From: Caecitellus pseudoparvulus
Taxonomy: Eukaryota; Protista; Bigyra: Bicosoecida
Direction: 5' to 3'
Length of the DNA stretch: 64,000 nucleotides
Assembly: GCA_965644315.1 (NCBI GenBank)
Contig: CBFFRQ010000062.1
Span: 248,001 to 312,000 of the forward strand
A program made the translations under genes and the position numbers. Position 1 is the first letter of the stretch. Every line of letters starts with the position of its first letter. Under the pieces are notes generated by a model that was not told where the DNA came from, made no database searches, and worked only from the letters and a program-made list of their open reading frames with translations. Of this stretch, positions 12,001 to 21,500 are shown piece after piece.

Positions 12001-13380
12001 GCCGCCTTCAAATCTGCTGCAGCCTTGGCCAGGGCAGCGTCATCTGCCGCGTCATCGGCCCGGGCCGCCTTCAGGGCCGCCTCGGAAGACTGCAGCTGGC
12101 CCCGCAACTTGGCAATGTCGGACCGCGCCGCGGCGAGCTGCTCCTTCAGGCGCTTTTCCTCTGCTGACTCAGAGGCAGCCTTGCCCCGCAGCACAGCCAC
12201 CTCCGCCCGCAGGCCGGCGATGACTGCGTCGTCAGAGGCATCCTCCTTGGCAGCTGCCGCCTTGACTTGAGCGAGGGTGCTGCGCAGCTCTGCGACGGTG
12301 GACCGCAGGTCGTCCCCCTCGGACCGCAGGGCCGTCATGGCTGTCGCTGACTCGGCCACCTTGGCAGTGGCGTCGATGGCCTTCTCCATGGCCTCGGCAG
12401 CCTTCGCGTTGGCCCGCGCAAGCTTGTCCTGCAACGCGTCCTCCTCGCCACGCAGCTTGGTCACCGTGGCGTTCAGCGCGGCACGGTCGCTCTTGGCCTC
12501 CTCCGCCTCTGCCCGCGCCTTGCGTGTCTCAGCTTGCGCCTGCGCCACCTGCTGCTTCAGGTCAGACACCTCCTCCTGCAGGCCAGACACCTGGGACTGC
12601 AGCTGCTTCGCCACCATGTCGGAGGAGGTGCCCAGCTGCTCCACCTCGGCGATCTTCGCCTCCAGGCGCTTCTTGGCGTTGGCCGCCTCCTTCTCGGCGC
12701 CTGCCAGCTGGCTGCGAGCCTCGTCCCGCTCACTGCGCAGGCGCTTGACAGCGGCCGCGGTGGAGGCTGCAGACGCATTGGCAGCGTCGGCAAATGACGC
12801 CATCTGGGACCGCATCTTCTCCAGGCGGTCTTGCGTCTGGGCCTGTGAGAGTGGAGGTGCGCGGAGCGTGTACGGAGGGGTTGCTGCGCGAGGTCGCAGC
12901 GACCTCCGCCACCCACGCCACGATGCAAGCACGGGCGTGGCGTGGGCCACCTTGGCGGCGCAGCGTGCATGCGTGGCGCCGTACCAGCTCCTCTTTCGTC
13001 TCCTTCACGTCCTCCTTGTAGCCTTCCACCTGCTCCGTGAGGGACTTCTGCGGGCGAGGCGGAGGGGCAAGTTGCTGTGGGGGCGTGCGTGCCTGGCGAC
13101 ATTGCGCAGGCTCCCACGCACGATGTTCTGGTTCTTCCGCGTGATGTTTGCCTGTGCCGTCTTCAGCTTGGCCTGCAGGGCTTCCACCTGCTGCTCCGTC
13201 GACAAGCGAGTGCCTTGCACGCTGCCAAAGCCACCCGACTTGGGTCCACTCGGACTACGAGCTGGCAGGCTCGGCAGCGCACCCGTGCTGGAACTGCCGC
13301 CGGAACCTGGCGCAGGGAGGCCTGCCCGAGCCAGCGCCCGCGCAGCTGCTCCATGAGCACCCACGCCCGCCATGCGCATG
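6054..13380 (-). CDS. Giant multidomain protein: ~1000-aa coiled coil, two Tudor/SH3-like barrels, ankyrin repeats, inactive nicotinamidase/isochorismatase-fold domain, C-terminal duplicated beta-domains (DUF3395-like)
   Basis: ORF 6054..12950 is extended by introns 13048..13121 and 12843..12984 (GT..CAG, phase 0). Motifs: FKVGDDVEV..WYAATV; FRVGAAVEV..WQRGVV; GETPLLWAC, TPLHAAAASG, DGSTALD; KRALVLV.PQKDLLPGG..PPHCVSGTDG..VVVAGL..VVADACGG; SAQYG..GGDPIRGTRKTL twice. Start ATG is 13380 or 13373-region. Confidence 0.85.
6420..7129. repeat. Near-identical ~154-bp intragenic duplication (6420-6573 and 6975-7129)
   Basis: Both copies read ..agggtcttgcgcgtgccacggatggggtctccccccatggcgccgttggtcaccttcacctccccgcccaccggcacagtggtgcccagc.. 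with only a few substitutions. Confidence 0.9.
10140..12075. repeat. Dispersed and tandem coding repeats in the coiled coil (ELKEAQKAAAADDRxDAKLxKAYE x3; KAARADDAADDAALAKA x2, 63-nt unit)
   Basis: Similar nucleotide blocks at ~10140-10275, 10885-11020 and 11260-11340, and a tandem pair at ~11955-12075. Confidence 0.85.
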
Positions 13381-13732
13381 TTGAACGGCATGGCGCTCGG
13401 TGAGGTGCTGGCGCACGTGCGAGTGTTGCGACCGCAGCAACTTCCGCAAGCTGCAGCAACTCCGGCAACCGATACCCGCTCTCACGCAGTGGCTCGCTGC
13501 TGCAAGTTGAGGCAAGGGGGACGGGCACTTATACAGTAAAATGATCCCCAGGCAAGTTTATACGCCGAGGAATTTTGGCTGAAGAGGAAAGTCGATCCAT
13601 TGCAGGTGGTCGGCGACGGACGAGCGCTGAGGAGTTGGGGGTTCCGGGGGGGTCCTCTCGGACACGCCCTTTCAGTCCAGGAACTGTCTCAAAGCGGGGC
13701 CAGCTGTTGCATCTTTGAGCACGGACCGCGCG

Positions 13733-16054
13733 TCACGCGAGTGCAGCGCGCAGCAGCATCACATTCCGCCTCATGCCCCACAGAGTGTCATGCGCCTCTT
13801 TCTGATAGGGAGCAAGAAAGGCCTGCACCCACTTTGGCGCTGCCGCCCCTCGTAAGCGCAGGAGCGTGAGGGCCAGGTGCACGAGCGGTGCTCGCGTGCT
13901 GTCTTGCATGGCGAGCTCGTCACGCCCCTGCGCGTCTTGGGGGCCAGACCACAGCAGTGCCGCGGCTTGCTCCACAGAAAGGGCACGCAGGGTGACAGTC
14001 TGGGCCTCCTCACCTGCCTCCCGGCCCAGGCTCTCCCACAACACTGTGTTGGCCCCAATGCCTGCCACTGTCTCCGTCATGCCCAGCTCAAGCTGCGCGG
14101 CCGACAGCCTGCCTGGTGCGCCCTGGGACCAGCGGGACAGCGCAAGCACACGGGCAGACCGTTGGGCAAGCACAAGCGCTGCAGTGTACCTGCTGGCAGT
14201 TGGACCGTGGGTGGCTTGGTGCGCGTCTCGTTGCCCCAGGAGCGGGTTGGCAAGGCACAGGTTGGCAACCAGGCTGTGGGGGACACAGGCGGGTGTATCG
14301 GGGCCATGCTCCGGCAGGCGCTCCCAGGACAGCAATTTGTTTGCAAGCCAGGCATCGCCTTCTTCCACTGCCAAATCAAGCCAGGGGCAGAAGCCGTCGG
14401 GGTCCAGGGGGACGGTGCGAGGGCAGCACGTGAGCTGGTGCAGCGTGGCCGCGTCGACGGCGACTTGCAGCGGCGTGGAGCCGTCTTCCTTGGGGATGTT
14501 CGGGTCAGCGCCCGCGTCCAGCAGAGCAGCCATGCAATGTATGTGGCCTTTGAAGGCGGTGCAGAACAGCGGCGTGCGCTGTTCGCAGTCAGCCAGGTTT
14601 GGATCACAGCCAAGGCGCAGCAGCGTTCTGACCGCATCTGGGTTGTCAACTTGGCAAGCCAAGTACAGGGCAGTGGCCCCTAGAGGGCTTTGATGGTCGA
14701 CGTCCACACCAGCCGCGACGAGCGCGGGAATGCACCGGTGGTTGCCTGGTCGGCAGACACAGTTGGAGATGGTGGACTGGCCCCACTCGGACAGTTGCAG
14801 GGGGTCTGCTCCTGCCTTCAGCAGCAACGCCAGCACGTCATCCGCATCACACGTTAAGCAAGCGAACATGGGCCCGAACTGACCGTCATCCACAGTGGCG
14901 CACACGTTTGCCCCCGCCCCCAGCAGTTCTGTGACGCATTCCCTGTGCCCCCCTGCACAGGCATGCATGAGAGCTGTGGAGCCAGCGGTGCACCGCGCAT
15001 CCACTTCAAGCCCGAGTTGAAGGAGCGCTTGCAGCAGCACAGTGTCGCCGCGCTTGGCCACGTCGTGGAGGAGCGGAATCCCGTCTGCATCCTTCAGAAG
15101 CTTTGCCTTGTCTGGTGCCATGCACAGCATCTGCAAACACAGCTCGGCAGGGGCACCACAGGTCACGGCCACAGTGAGTGGGGACGGGCTGGCATCCGAG
15201 CAGCCAGTCAAGCACGCCGGGCATTCCCGCAGCAGCAGCTCCGCAGTCTCAAAGTGTGCGTTGGACAGTGCATAGTGCAGCGTATTGAATCCATGCTGCT
15301 GCCGCTCACGAGTGGCATCTGCCCCGTGAGCAAGCAGCAATCGAACCATGTCAGGGTCTTTCGTCGCGGCATCCAACGGCGAGAAGCCATCGCGCACCGT
15401 TTGGTTGGGGTCAGCCCCCGCCTGCAGCAGCACACCCGCATTGCCCAAGAGCCCGTGCGACACTGCCATGTACAGGGCAGTGGGCGCCTCCGGGTCATTC
15501 TGCAGATTCACGTTCGCGCCGGCAGCGAGCAGTGTTTGCAGGAGGTCGGCCTCGGGCAGGACGCTGGCGGAGACGAGCGGAGGCCATGTGGACCAAGGAG
15601 CACCATCCGCGTTCGCACCCGCTTCCAAGAGTGCAACGGCCATCCCCTGCTGTCCCTCGGAACAGGCGGTGTTGAGGGCGGTGCGCCCAGCGTGGTTTGT
15701 CGCTGCCACGTCCGCGCCGGCTGCGAGGAGGGCGCCGAGCGCACCGGCGTTGTGCCCTTCTGCAGCAAGCATGAGCGGCGTGTTTCCATCTGCTGGGAGC
15801 GGCAGGTCTGGGTCAGCCCCTGCTTCCAGGAGGGCGTGTGTTACTTCCCTGCCCGTTGGGAACAGGCAAGCGAGATGAAGTGGAGTCCAGAGGCCTGGTT
15901 GCACATCTTGGAAGCCATGCAAGGGGGTCTGTGCGTTCAAGTCCACTCCAGGCAGGAGTCGTGTCACTTCCTGCAGATTGCCGGCCGTCACCGCTGCGAA
16001 CAGGTGCGCCGACGGCTCGCGAAGGCCATCTTGGCGTTGGACACTATCAGCCAT
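13733..16054 (-). CDS. Ankyrin-repeat protein (~14-15 repeats) with unrecognised C-terminal region
   Basis: Repeated TPLH/TAL..A..G....V..LL..GAD.N consensus across a single-exon 776-aa ORF. Confidence 0.9.
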   Translation of the reverse strand: MADSVQRQDGLREPSAHLFAAVTAGNLQEVTRLLPGVDLNAQTPLHGFQDVQPGLWTPLHLACLFPTGREVTHALLEAGADPDLPLPADGNTPLMLAAEGHNAGALGALLAAGADVAATNHAGRTALNTACSEGQQGMAVALLEAGANADGAPWSTWPPLVSASVLPEADLLQTLLAAGANVNLQNDPEAPTALYMAVSHGLLGNAGVLLQAGADPNQTVRDGFSPLDAATKDPDMVRLLLAHGADATRERQQHGFNTLHYALSNAHFETAELLLRECPACLTGCSDASPSPLTVAVTCGAPAELCLQMLCMAPDKAKLLKDADGIPLLHDVAKRGDTVLLQALLQLGLEVDARCTAGSTALMHACAGGHRECVTELLGAGANVCATVDDGQFGPMFACLTCDADDVLALLLKAGADPLQLSEWGQSTISNCVCRPGNHRCIPALVAAGVDVDHQSPLGATALYLACQVDNPDAVRTLLRLGCDPNLADCEQRTPLFCTAFKGHIHCMAALLDAGADPNIPKEDGSTPLQVAVDAATLHQLTCCPRTVPLDPDGFCPWLDLAVEEGDAWLANKLLSWERLPEHGPDTPACVPHSLVANLCLANPLLGQRDAHQATHGPTASRYTAALVLAQRSARVLALSRWSQGAPGRLSAAQLELGMTETVAGIGANTVLWESLGREAGEEAQTVTLRALSVEQAAALLWSGPQDAQGRDELAMQDSTRAPLVHLALTLLRLRGAAAPKWVQAFLAPYQKEAHDTLWGMRRNVMLLRAALA

Positions 16055-16254
16055 GCTGTCCAAGACTCGGAATGAGCCGGGGTTGGCGCGAGGTACAATT
16101 CAATGAGAGAACAAGGGTCGAATTCTGTTACCATCGCAATCAGATCGGGGGATTTGGCGTCGACCGCTCATTGTCGTGGATGTGGGTGGTGCGCAGAGTT
16201 TCATAGGATTTGCCAAGCCTTTGCCCTGTCGGCTGATCTGTGCGGAAGCGATGC

Positions 16255-17610
16255 ATGGCGAGTGAGGGGCCTCCTGAGGGCGAAGGCAAATCGTGTAAGG
16301 ACTCGTCTCGCTGGTGTGCATTGGCAGACAACTTTCTCAGGAACTTGTCCTCGGTTCAAGGCGACGTTTCGCCTGCGTTTCTCCCAGCAGCTGAGCGGCT
16401 TCTCGGCGGACCACAGGCGCAAGCATGTGAGAAGAGCGCACACATTGCGAGTGATGAAGTGATGCAGGCCATAGGAGACGGGGTGCTCCAGCTCCCGGAT
16501 GAGCAGGGCTTGTGGAAGTCCCTTCTCGCAACGCGGTGGGTTCGAAAGGTCTGCCGAGAGGTGCAGGGCACCACACTTGGACAGGGGTACACCCTGCTGA
16601 CGACCTTGCAGAGCTTTGTGTCAATTCGAATCGCGCAGATTCATGCGGCATGCCCGCCGCGCTTTGAGAGCCACCACGTGGCGGAGAGGGCGCTGAAGGA
16701 GGCGGCGGTCTTGCTGCAAGCGAGCAGCACGGCCGAGCAGCTTGCCAGCATGGCGGCAGCGGGGTCACCGAGTCAAGAGGGGCACAACGCATTGCAGTGC
16801 AGGGTCGAAGCGGTTGCTTCGTTGCTTGCAGTGCCGGTCGTACCGCCCACACTCGCGTCGACACCGCGCCCCACACCGGGCCTGTATCCCCAGCCGGCCC
16901 CCTCTGCGGCACACTCACACGCACAGACAGACATGCAGTTTTTACTGCACGGGCATGGTGCAGCGGGGCACCAAGTGCATGTCCGCCGCTGTGCCGTCGC
17001 CTGGCTGGCGGCAGGGCTGCAGGCTGCGCGAGCGGGGGGCAGCGGCGGCTGGGCACTCCTGCGCCGTCTGCCGCTGCCCCCCGCTTGGGCGTGCTGGGAT
17101 GCGTGTGAGGCGGGGGATGCCCAGGCAGCGCTGCAGCTGCAGCACGCTGTGTCTGGCCCTGTGCTTGCAGCGCTGCTGCACCACGACGGCGCACTGTGGC
17201 AGGCAGCAGACTTGTGTCTACAGCTGCACCGTGCAGTGGCTGCGCTGCCGCCACGCACCGCACCGGACACGGATGGTGCCGAGGCACTCCCTCAGCCCAC
17301 ACTGGGACCCGCACTCCTGCAGCTGACCTGCCCCACAGCGCTGCTGCTGCACCTTGCCACGGGCCTGACCCCGGGCGGGCTCGTGGAGTGCGCGCTGGAT
17401 GACAGTGGCACTGGCCTGGCAGCCTTGACGTGCCTGCTCAAGCTGCTGGCGCACGCAGCCTCCCAGGCACAGCCCGACACGGTGCACGATGCTGTGCGTG
17501 GGGTGGTGTCTGCGCTTCTGCAGCAGGCACCAGCCAGGCCAGTGGCGGCGCTCCTGAAGCGCTGCTCCGCAGTGCTAGCTCTGCCTGCACTGCAAGCACA
17601 CACGCCTTGA
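16255..17610 (+). CDS. Hypothetical helical protein, possible divergent Lines (LINS1) homolog
   Basis: Order and spacing of HDGALWQAADLCLQL, CPTALLLHL..LVECALDD..LTCLLKLL and PVAALLKR resemble remembered Lines_N/Lines_C motifs (DDDMLEAA; NPH.FL..LLDFL..YLKLL; P.ALLK). The similarity is weak. Confidence 0.45.
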   Translation: MASEGPPEGEGKSCKDSSRWCALADNFLRNLSSVQGDVSPAFLPAAERLLGGPQAQACEKSAHIASDEVMQAIGDGVLQLPDEQGLWKSLLATRWVRKVCREVQGTTLGQGYTLLTTLQSFVSIRIAQIHAACPPRFESHHVAERALKEAAVLLQASSTAEQLASMAAAGSPSQEGHNALQCRVEAVASLLAVPVVPPTLASTPRPTPGLYPQPAPSAAHSHAQTDMQFLLHGHGAAGHQVHVRRCAVAWLAAGLQAARAGGSGGWALLRRLPLPPAWACWDACEAGDAQAALQLQHAVSGPVLAALLHHDGALWQAADLCLQLHRAVAALPPRTAPDTDGAEALPQPTLGPALLQLTCPTALLLHLATGLTPGGLVECALDDSGTGLAALTCLLKLLAHAASQAQPDTVHDAVRGVVSALLQQAPARPVAALLKRCSAVLALPALQAHTP

Positions 17611-17965
17611 AAGAGTCTTCTTGCATTGTGAGCGCCCGTTGGAAGCTGGTGCAAGGCTTGGGTCGCTGAGCCTCCAACGCCAGGTGGCAGGGGACCTCCA
17701 GAGGGCCTCGCCTGCGGCTCACAGGCGAGCACTGTGCTGCTTCCGCGCGCCACAGTGAGGGGAGGGCGGCGCCGTGCATGCGCTGTGTGGCGCTTCGGCA
17801 GAAAGGAGAGCGCTGCAGCAGAAGCTTGCTTTCACGCCAGCTGCCCTGTGCCCGCCTGCGACCAGTTGAGAAGGCAGCTAAATGCAACCACCAGGCGAGT
17901 GGCACACAATCCACGATGCACAAATCATGCCATGGAGCCGGTGCAAGCCAGCACCAGCAAAGAAC

Positions 17966-18343
17966 TCATGAGAAAATGCGTGCGGTATTTGATGCTTTTG
18001 CTGGCGCACCCACTGGAGGCGCAGGAAGCTCTCCGTTCGCCTCCATCTCAGCATAGGCAGCCTCATAGCAGGCAGAGGCAATCGGCCCCACTCTGTTCCC
18101 GTGCGACTCCGCAATCTGGCGCGCCCGAGCTGTCAGCCGGGTGACGAAGGCCGTGGCAATGGCTGCCAACGCGGTCGCCACCTCCTGCGGCACTTTGTCT
18201 GAGTGGAAGTAAGACGCCACCATGTCCGCAACTTGGTTGGGGTCAAACGTGGAGTTCAGCTGGAGCTTGATCCTCTCCAGGTGTTCCTGTGTGTCGCCAT
18301 CCTTGCCCTCGTCGTAGCCAGGCAGTGCACGTTCACTCGGCAT
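17966..18343 (-). CDS. TAF11: TAF11 (TAFII28)-like histone-fold TFIID subunit
   Basis: STFD..QVADMV..VPQEVATALAAIATAFVTRLTARARQIAE..GPIASACYEAAY aligns with the TAF11 histone fold (SAF.K..IK....VSQNV.IAMSGI.KVFVGEVVE.A..V.E....PLQPKH+REA). Confidence 0.7.
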   Translation of the reverse strand: MPSERALPGYDEGKDGDTQEHLERIKLQLNSTFDPNQVADMVASYFHSDKVPQEVATALAAIATAFVTRLTARARQIAESHGNRVGPIASACYEAAYAEMEANGELPAPPVGAPAKASNTARIFS

Positions 18344-18591
18344 GGTGGCACCGGCGCTGCTTTGACTGCCTGCCCACTCCCTGCACTAGAAGTCAAGGGG
18401 AAAGCCTCGCAAACACGTGCTGCATTCAGGTCCGCCTTGGACAAGCACAGCGATGAACGCGGGGTGGTTGGAGTTTGGAAGAAGCAGCGGACTGGCACCA
18501 CACTCAACCTCGCACCCCCAAAACACGGTCACTGTGGAAATGCCTCGCCCCCACAGCTCCACCCCAAGCAGCTCCTCAACTGCTTGTGACC

Positions 18592-21500
18592 ATGCACTCA
18601 CTCCAGGCGGTGCTGGCCCTGGCCAGCATCGCTGCAGCAGCGGCCTCTTCGCCGCTCTGCGCGACGAGCTGCGGAGCCACGCCTGCTTGGCAGCGTCCTG
18701 CTGATGGCACCGTGCCACCGCCGCCGACGCAGACGCCTGTGTGGGACTACGCCTACCCCATGACACCACAAGGGTGGTATTCGTTCCCCTATGGCCAGCC
18801 TCGGCGAGCGGCAACCCAGGCTGCAGTTGGCAGCGTTTCCACGGGGCGAGAGTTCGCTTCGCAGTACTACCTGTGGGGTGCCCCTATGTCAACACCCCTG
18901 GTCCCAAACACACTGGGTGTGGACGTCTGGTATACACTGTCGTTCAGCTTCCGGGCCTCCGAGCACAACAACGTGCGTGGCGTGGCTAGGTGAACTGCAC
19001 TTGCTCTGCACTCAGCACTTTCAGCTCGCTGCACACCTTGCTCCTCTCGCAGGCGGGATCCACTGGGGAGCCAGCCATGCTGCCTCGACTGGACATGCGC
19101 CTGGCGACGCGGGACCCAGAGTCCCAGAGCCAGCTGAACTGGCAGGGAGACAACGGGTATGCCGAGATTGAGGTGCAGAGCCCTTCTGGCGCAGCAGTGG
19201 CTCGGGAGGCATCCTTCGGGCCCTTGAACGACATCCCTGCCACGACACAGTGGCAGACGTTCACAGCCACCTTCCGCCCAGTGTCCCCTTGCGCGAACTG
19301 CAGCCTGTTCCTGCACATTGAGCAGCACACGTGGACGCCGGGGCACCTGGGCGGCAACGAGTACTTCCTCGCCAACGTCACCCTGCACCGGGCAGCGCAG
19401 GCCATCCCCCCCAAGGACCTGTGGCCCAGCGCCAAGTTCAGGGTGGCTGACATCTACAAAGCCCCCACCCCTCCTGACTTGGGCATGCCCCCCAGCATGT
19501 GCCCTCACTCGCCACCTCCTGGACTGCCCCCCCTCCAGCTGTGGCATGAGGCCGCCACCTGGGCAGGCGGCTCGGTTCCTGCCGCGGGCAGCAGCGTCAC
19601 CATCCCCACCGGCAAGCACGTCATCATTTGCTCTTGCTCCCTGCCGCCGCCTGCGACGCAAGCGGCGACCCCCTTTCCCCTCATCACCGTGCAGGCGGGC
19701 GCCAGCCTCATCTTCGACGACGCGCCCATCCACATGCACGTGGGGTCCATCGTGGCCACTGGGCACGTCGCAGCCGGCAGCCCCACCTGCCGCCACGACC
19801 ACCCCCTGTCCATCACCTTCCATGGCGACAAAGCCACTGTCCTGGGCGCCAGCCCCGACCCCACCAGCCAGCACAGCAAAGGTCTCGTCGTGAGCGGGTC
19901 AGGCTCTCTGAACCTGCATGGGCGCCGGTTCTTCCCGACCTGGACACGCCTCCTGGCCACCGTGGGCCGCCAGGACCGCCACGTGCGCCTGCAGGACCCC
20001 GTGAACTGGGAGGTGGGCCAGCGCATCCTCGTGACCACCTCCACACACCTGGATGGGCCCACCGTGCACCAGAACGAAATCCGCACCATTGTCGCCATCA
20101 GCCCTGACGGCACAATGCTGTTCGTGGACGCGCCCTTCAATCACCAGCACTGGAGCGGCGAGGAGTACCAAACCGAAGTGGCCCTCCTCGACCGTGTCAT
20201 CACCCTGCAAGGGGCGGCTGACGACTCCAGCACAGCCACCGGGGCTTTCGGCGGGCATGTCATGTGGACTGGTGGGGCCACAGGCAAGGTGTCCGGCACG
20301 CGCTTCCTGCGCATGGGGCAGACGAACCAGCTGGCACGCTACGCAGTGCACATGCACGTGCTGGGGGATGTGAACGGCACCAGCTGGGTGTCAGACTCCG
20401 CCATCGAGCAGTCCTTCTACCGCTGCATCGTCGTGCACGGCACGCACGCCTCCCTGGTGAATGAGAACGTCTGCTACGACGTCGTGGGGCACGCCATTTA
20501 CATGAGCGAGGACGGCGTGGAGGAGCGCAACGTCATCACGTACAACCTGGCAGCCCACGTGCACACCATCGGGCGCCCGGCAGCGGGGGGTGGGCAGGGC
20601 GGGGAGACCTTCGACGCAAGCCCCAACCTCATCAACCCGGCGGACGCGGCAGCCGCTGGCTTCTACATCACCAACGCGTGGAACGTCATCAAGGGCAACG
20701 CTGCAAGCGGGGGCTGGACCGGCTTCTCACACCCTAACCTGCCCAAGTACATCGGCGTCTTCTCCGGCTCGGACCCGCCCGCCAACATGGCCCCCGACAA
20801 CCGCCCAACCCTGCAGTGGGTGGGCAACACCGCCCACTCGTCAGGCTTTGACTGGAGCCGGGGCAGCTGCGTATATGTGGGAGGGCACTTGTGGCACGAT
20901 GCTAATCGGGGTGGCCTGTTGCGGTATCAGTCTGGGCGCCGCAACCGCCAGACGCGCACGCCAGCCGGCGGAGAGGCGTGGATGGTGTTCCAGCACACCC
21001 GCGTCTGGCTGTGTCAGCGCGGCACGAACCACTGGGGCGACGAGATTGAGTTGCGTAACTACGAGGTCACCGACTCCTCCCGAGCGGCAGTGCTGTTCGG
21101 CGAGGCTCTCATGGCAGATGCCGTCATCACGGGGCGGTCAGGGAATCCCCAAGCCACCATGCCCCGCACTGGCTTCCAAGCCTACGACACGTGGGTGAAG
21201 ACGCTGCTGTCCCGAGTCACCTTCCGCAACTTCAACTCCACCCTGGGCGACTACGTCGTCTTCGCCATGACGCACTCCCCCGAGTTCAAGCCGCAGTTCA
21301 TCAACGCTGCCCGGGACATCACGTGGGAGAATGTGGACCGCCCGGCATACTACTACCACAACGCACGCCCCCCCCTCTCCACGGGCTCTTCGCGCATGTA
21401 CTCCTGGCTGAACCCTGACGGCAGCCTGGTGGACCGCCACGGGCCGTGGATCGTCGGCAGCCACACAGACTGGTGGCACCTGGACGACGCCACCTGCGAA

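Noticed and set aside
13525-13680. Sm-site-like AATTTTGG and CCATTGCA suggesting an snRNA
   Set aside because: No U1 5' ACTTACCTG or other snRNA hallmark in the right order; probably promoter/UTR sequence.
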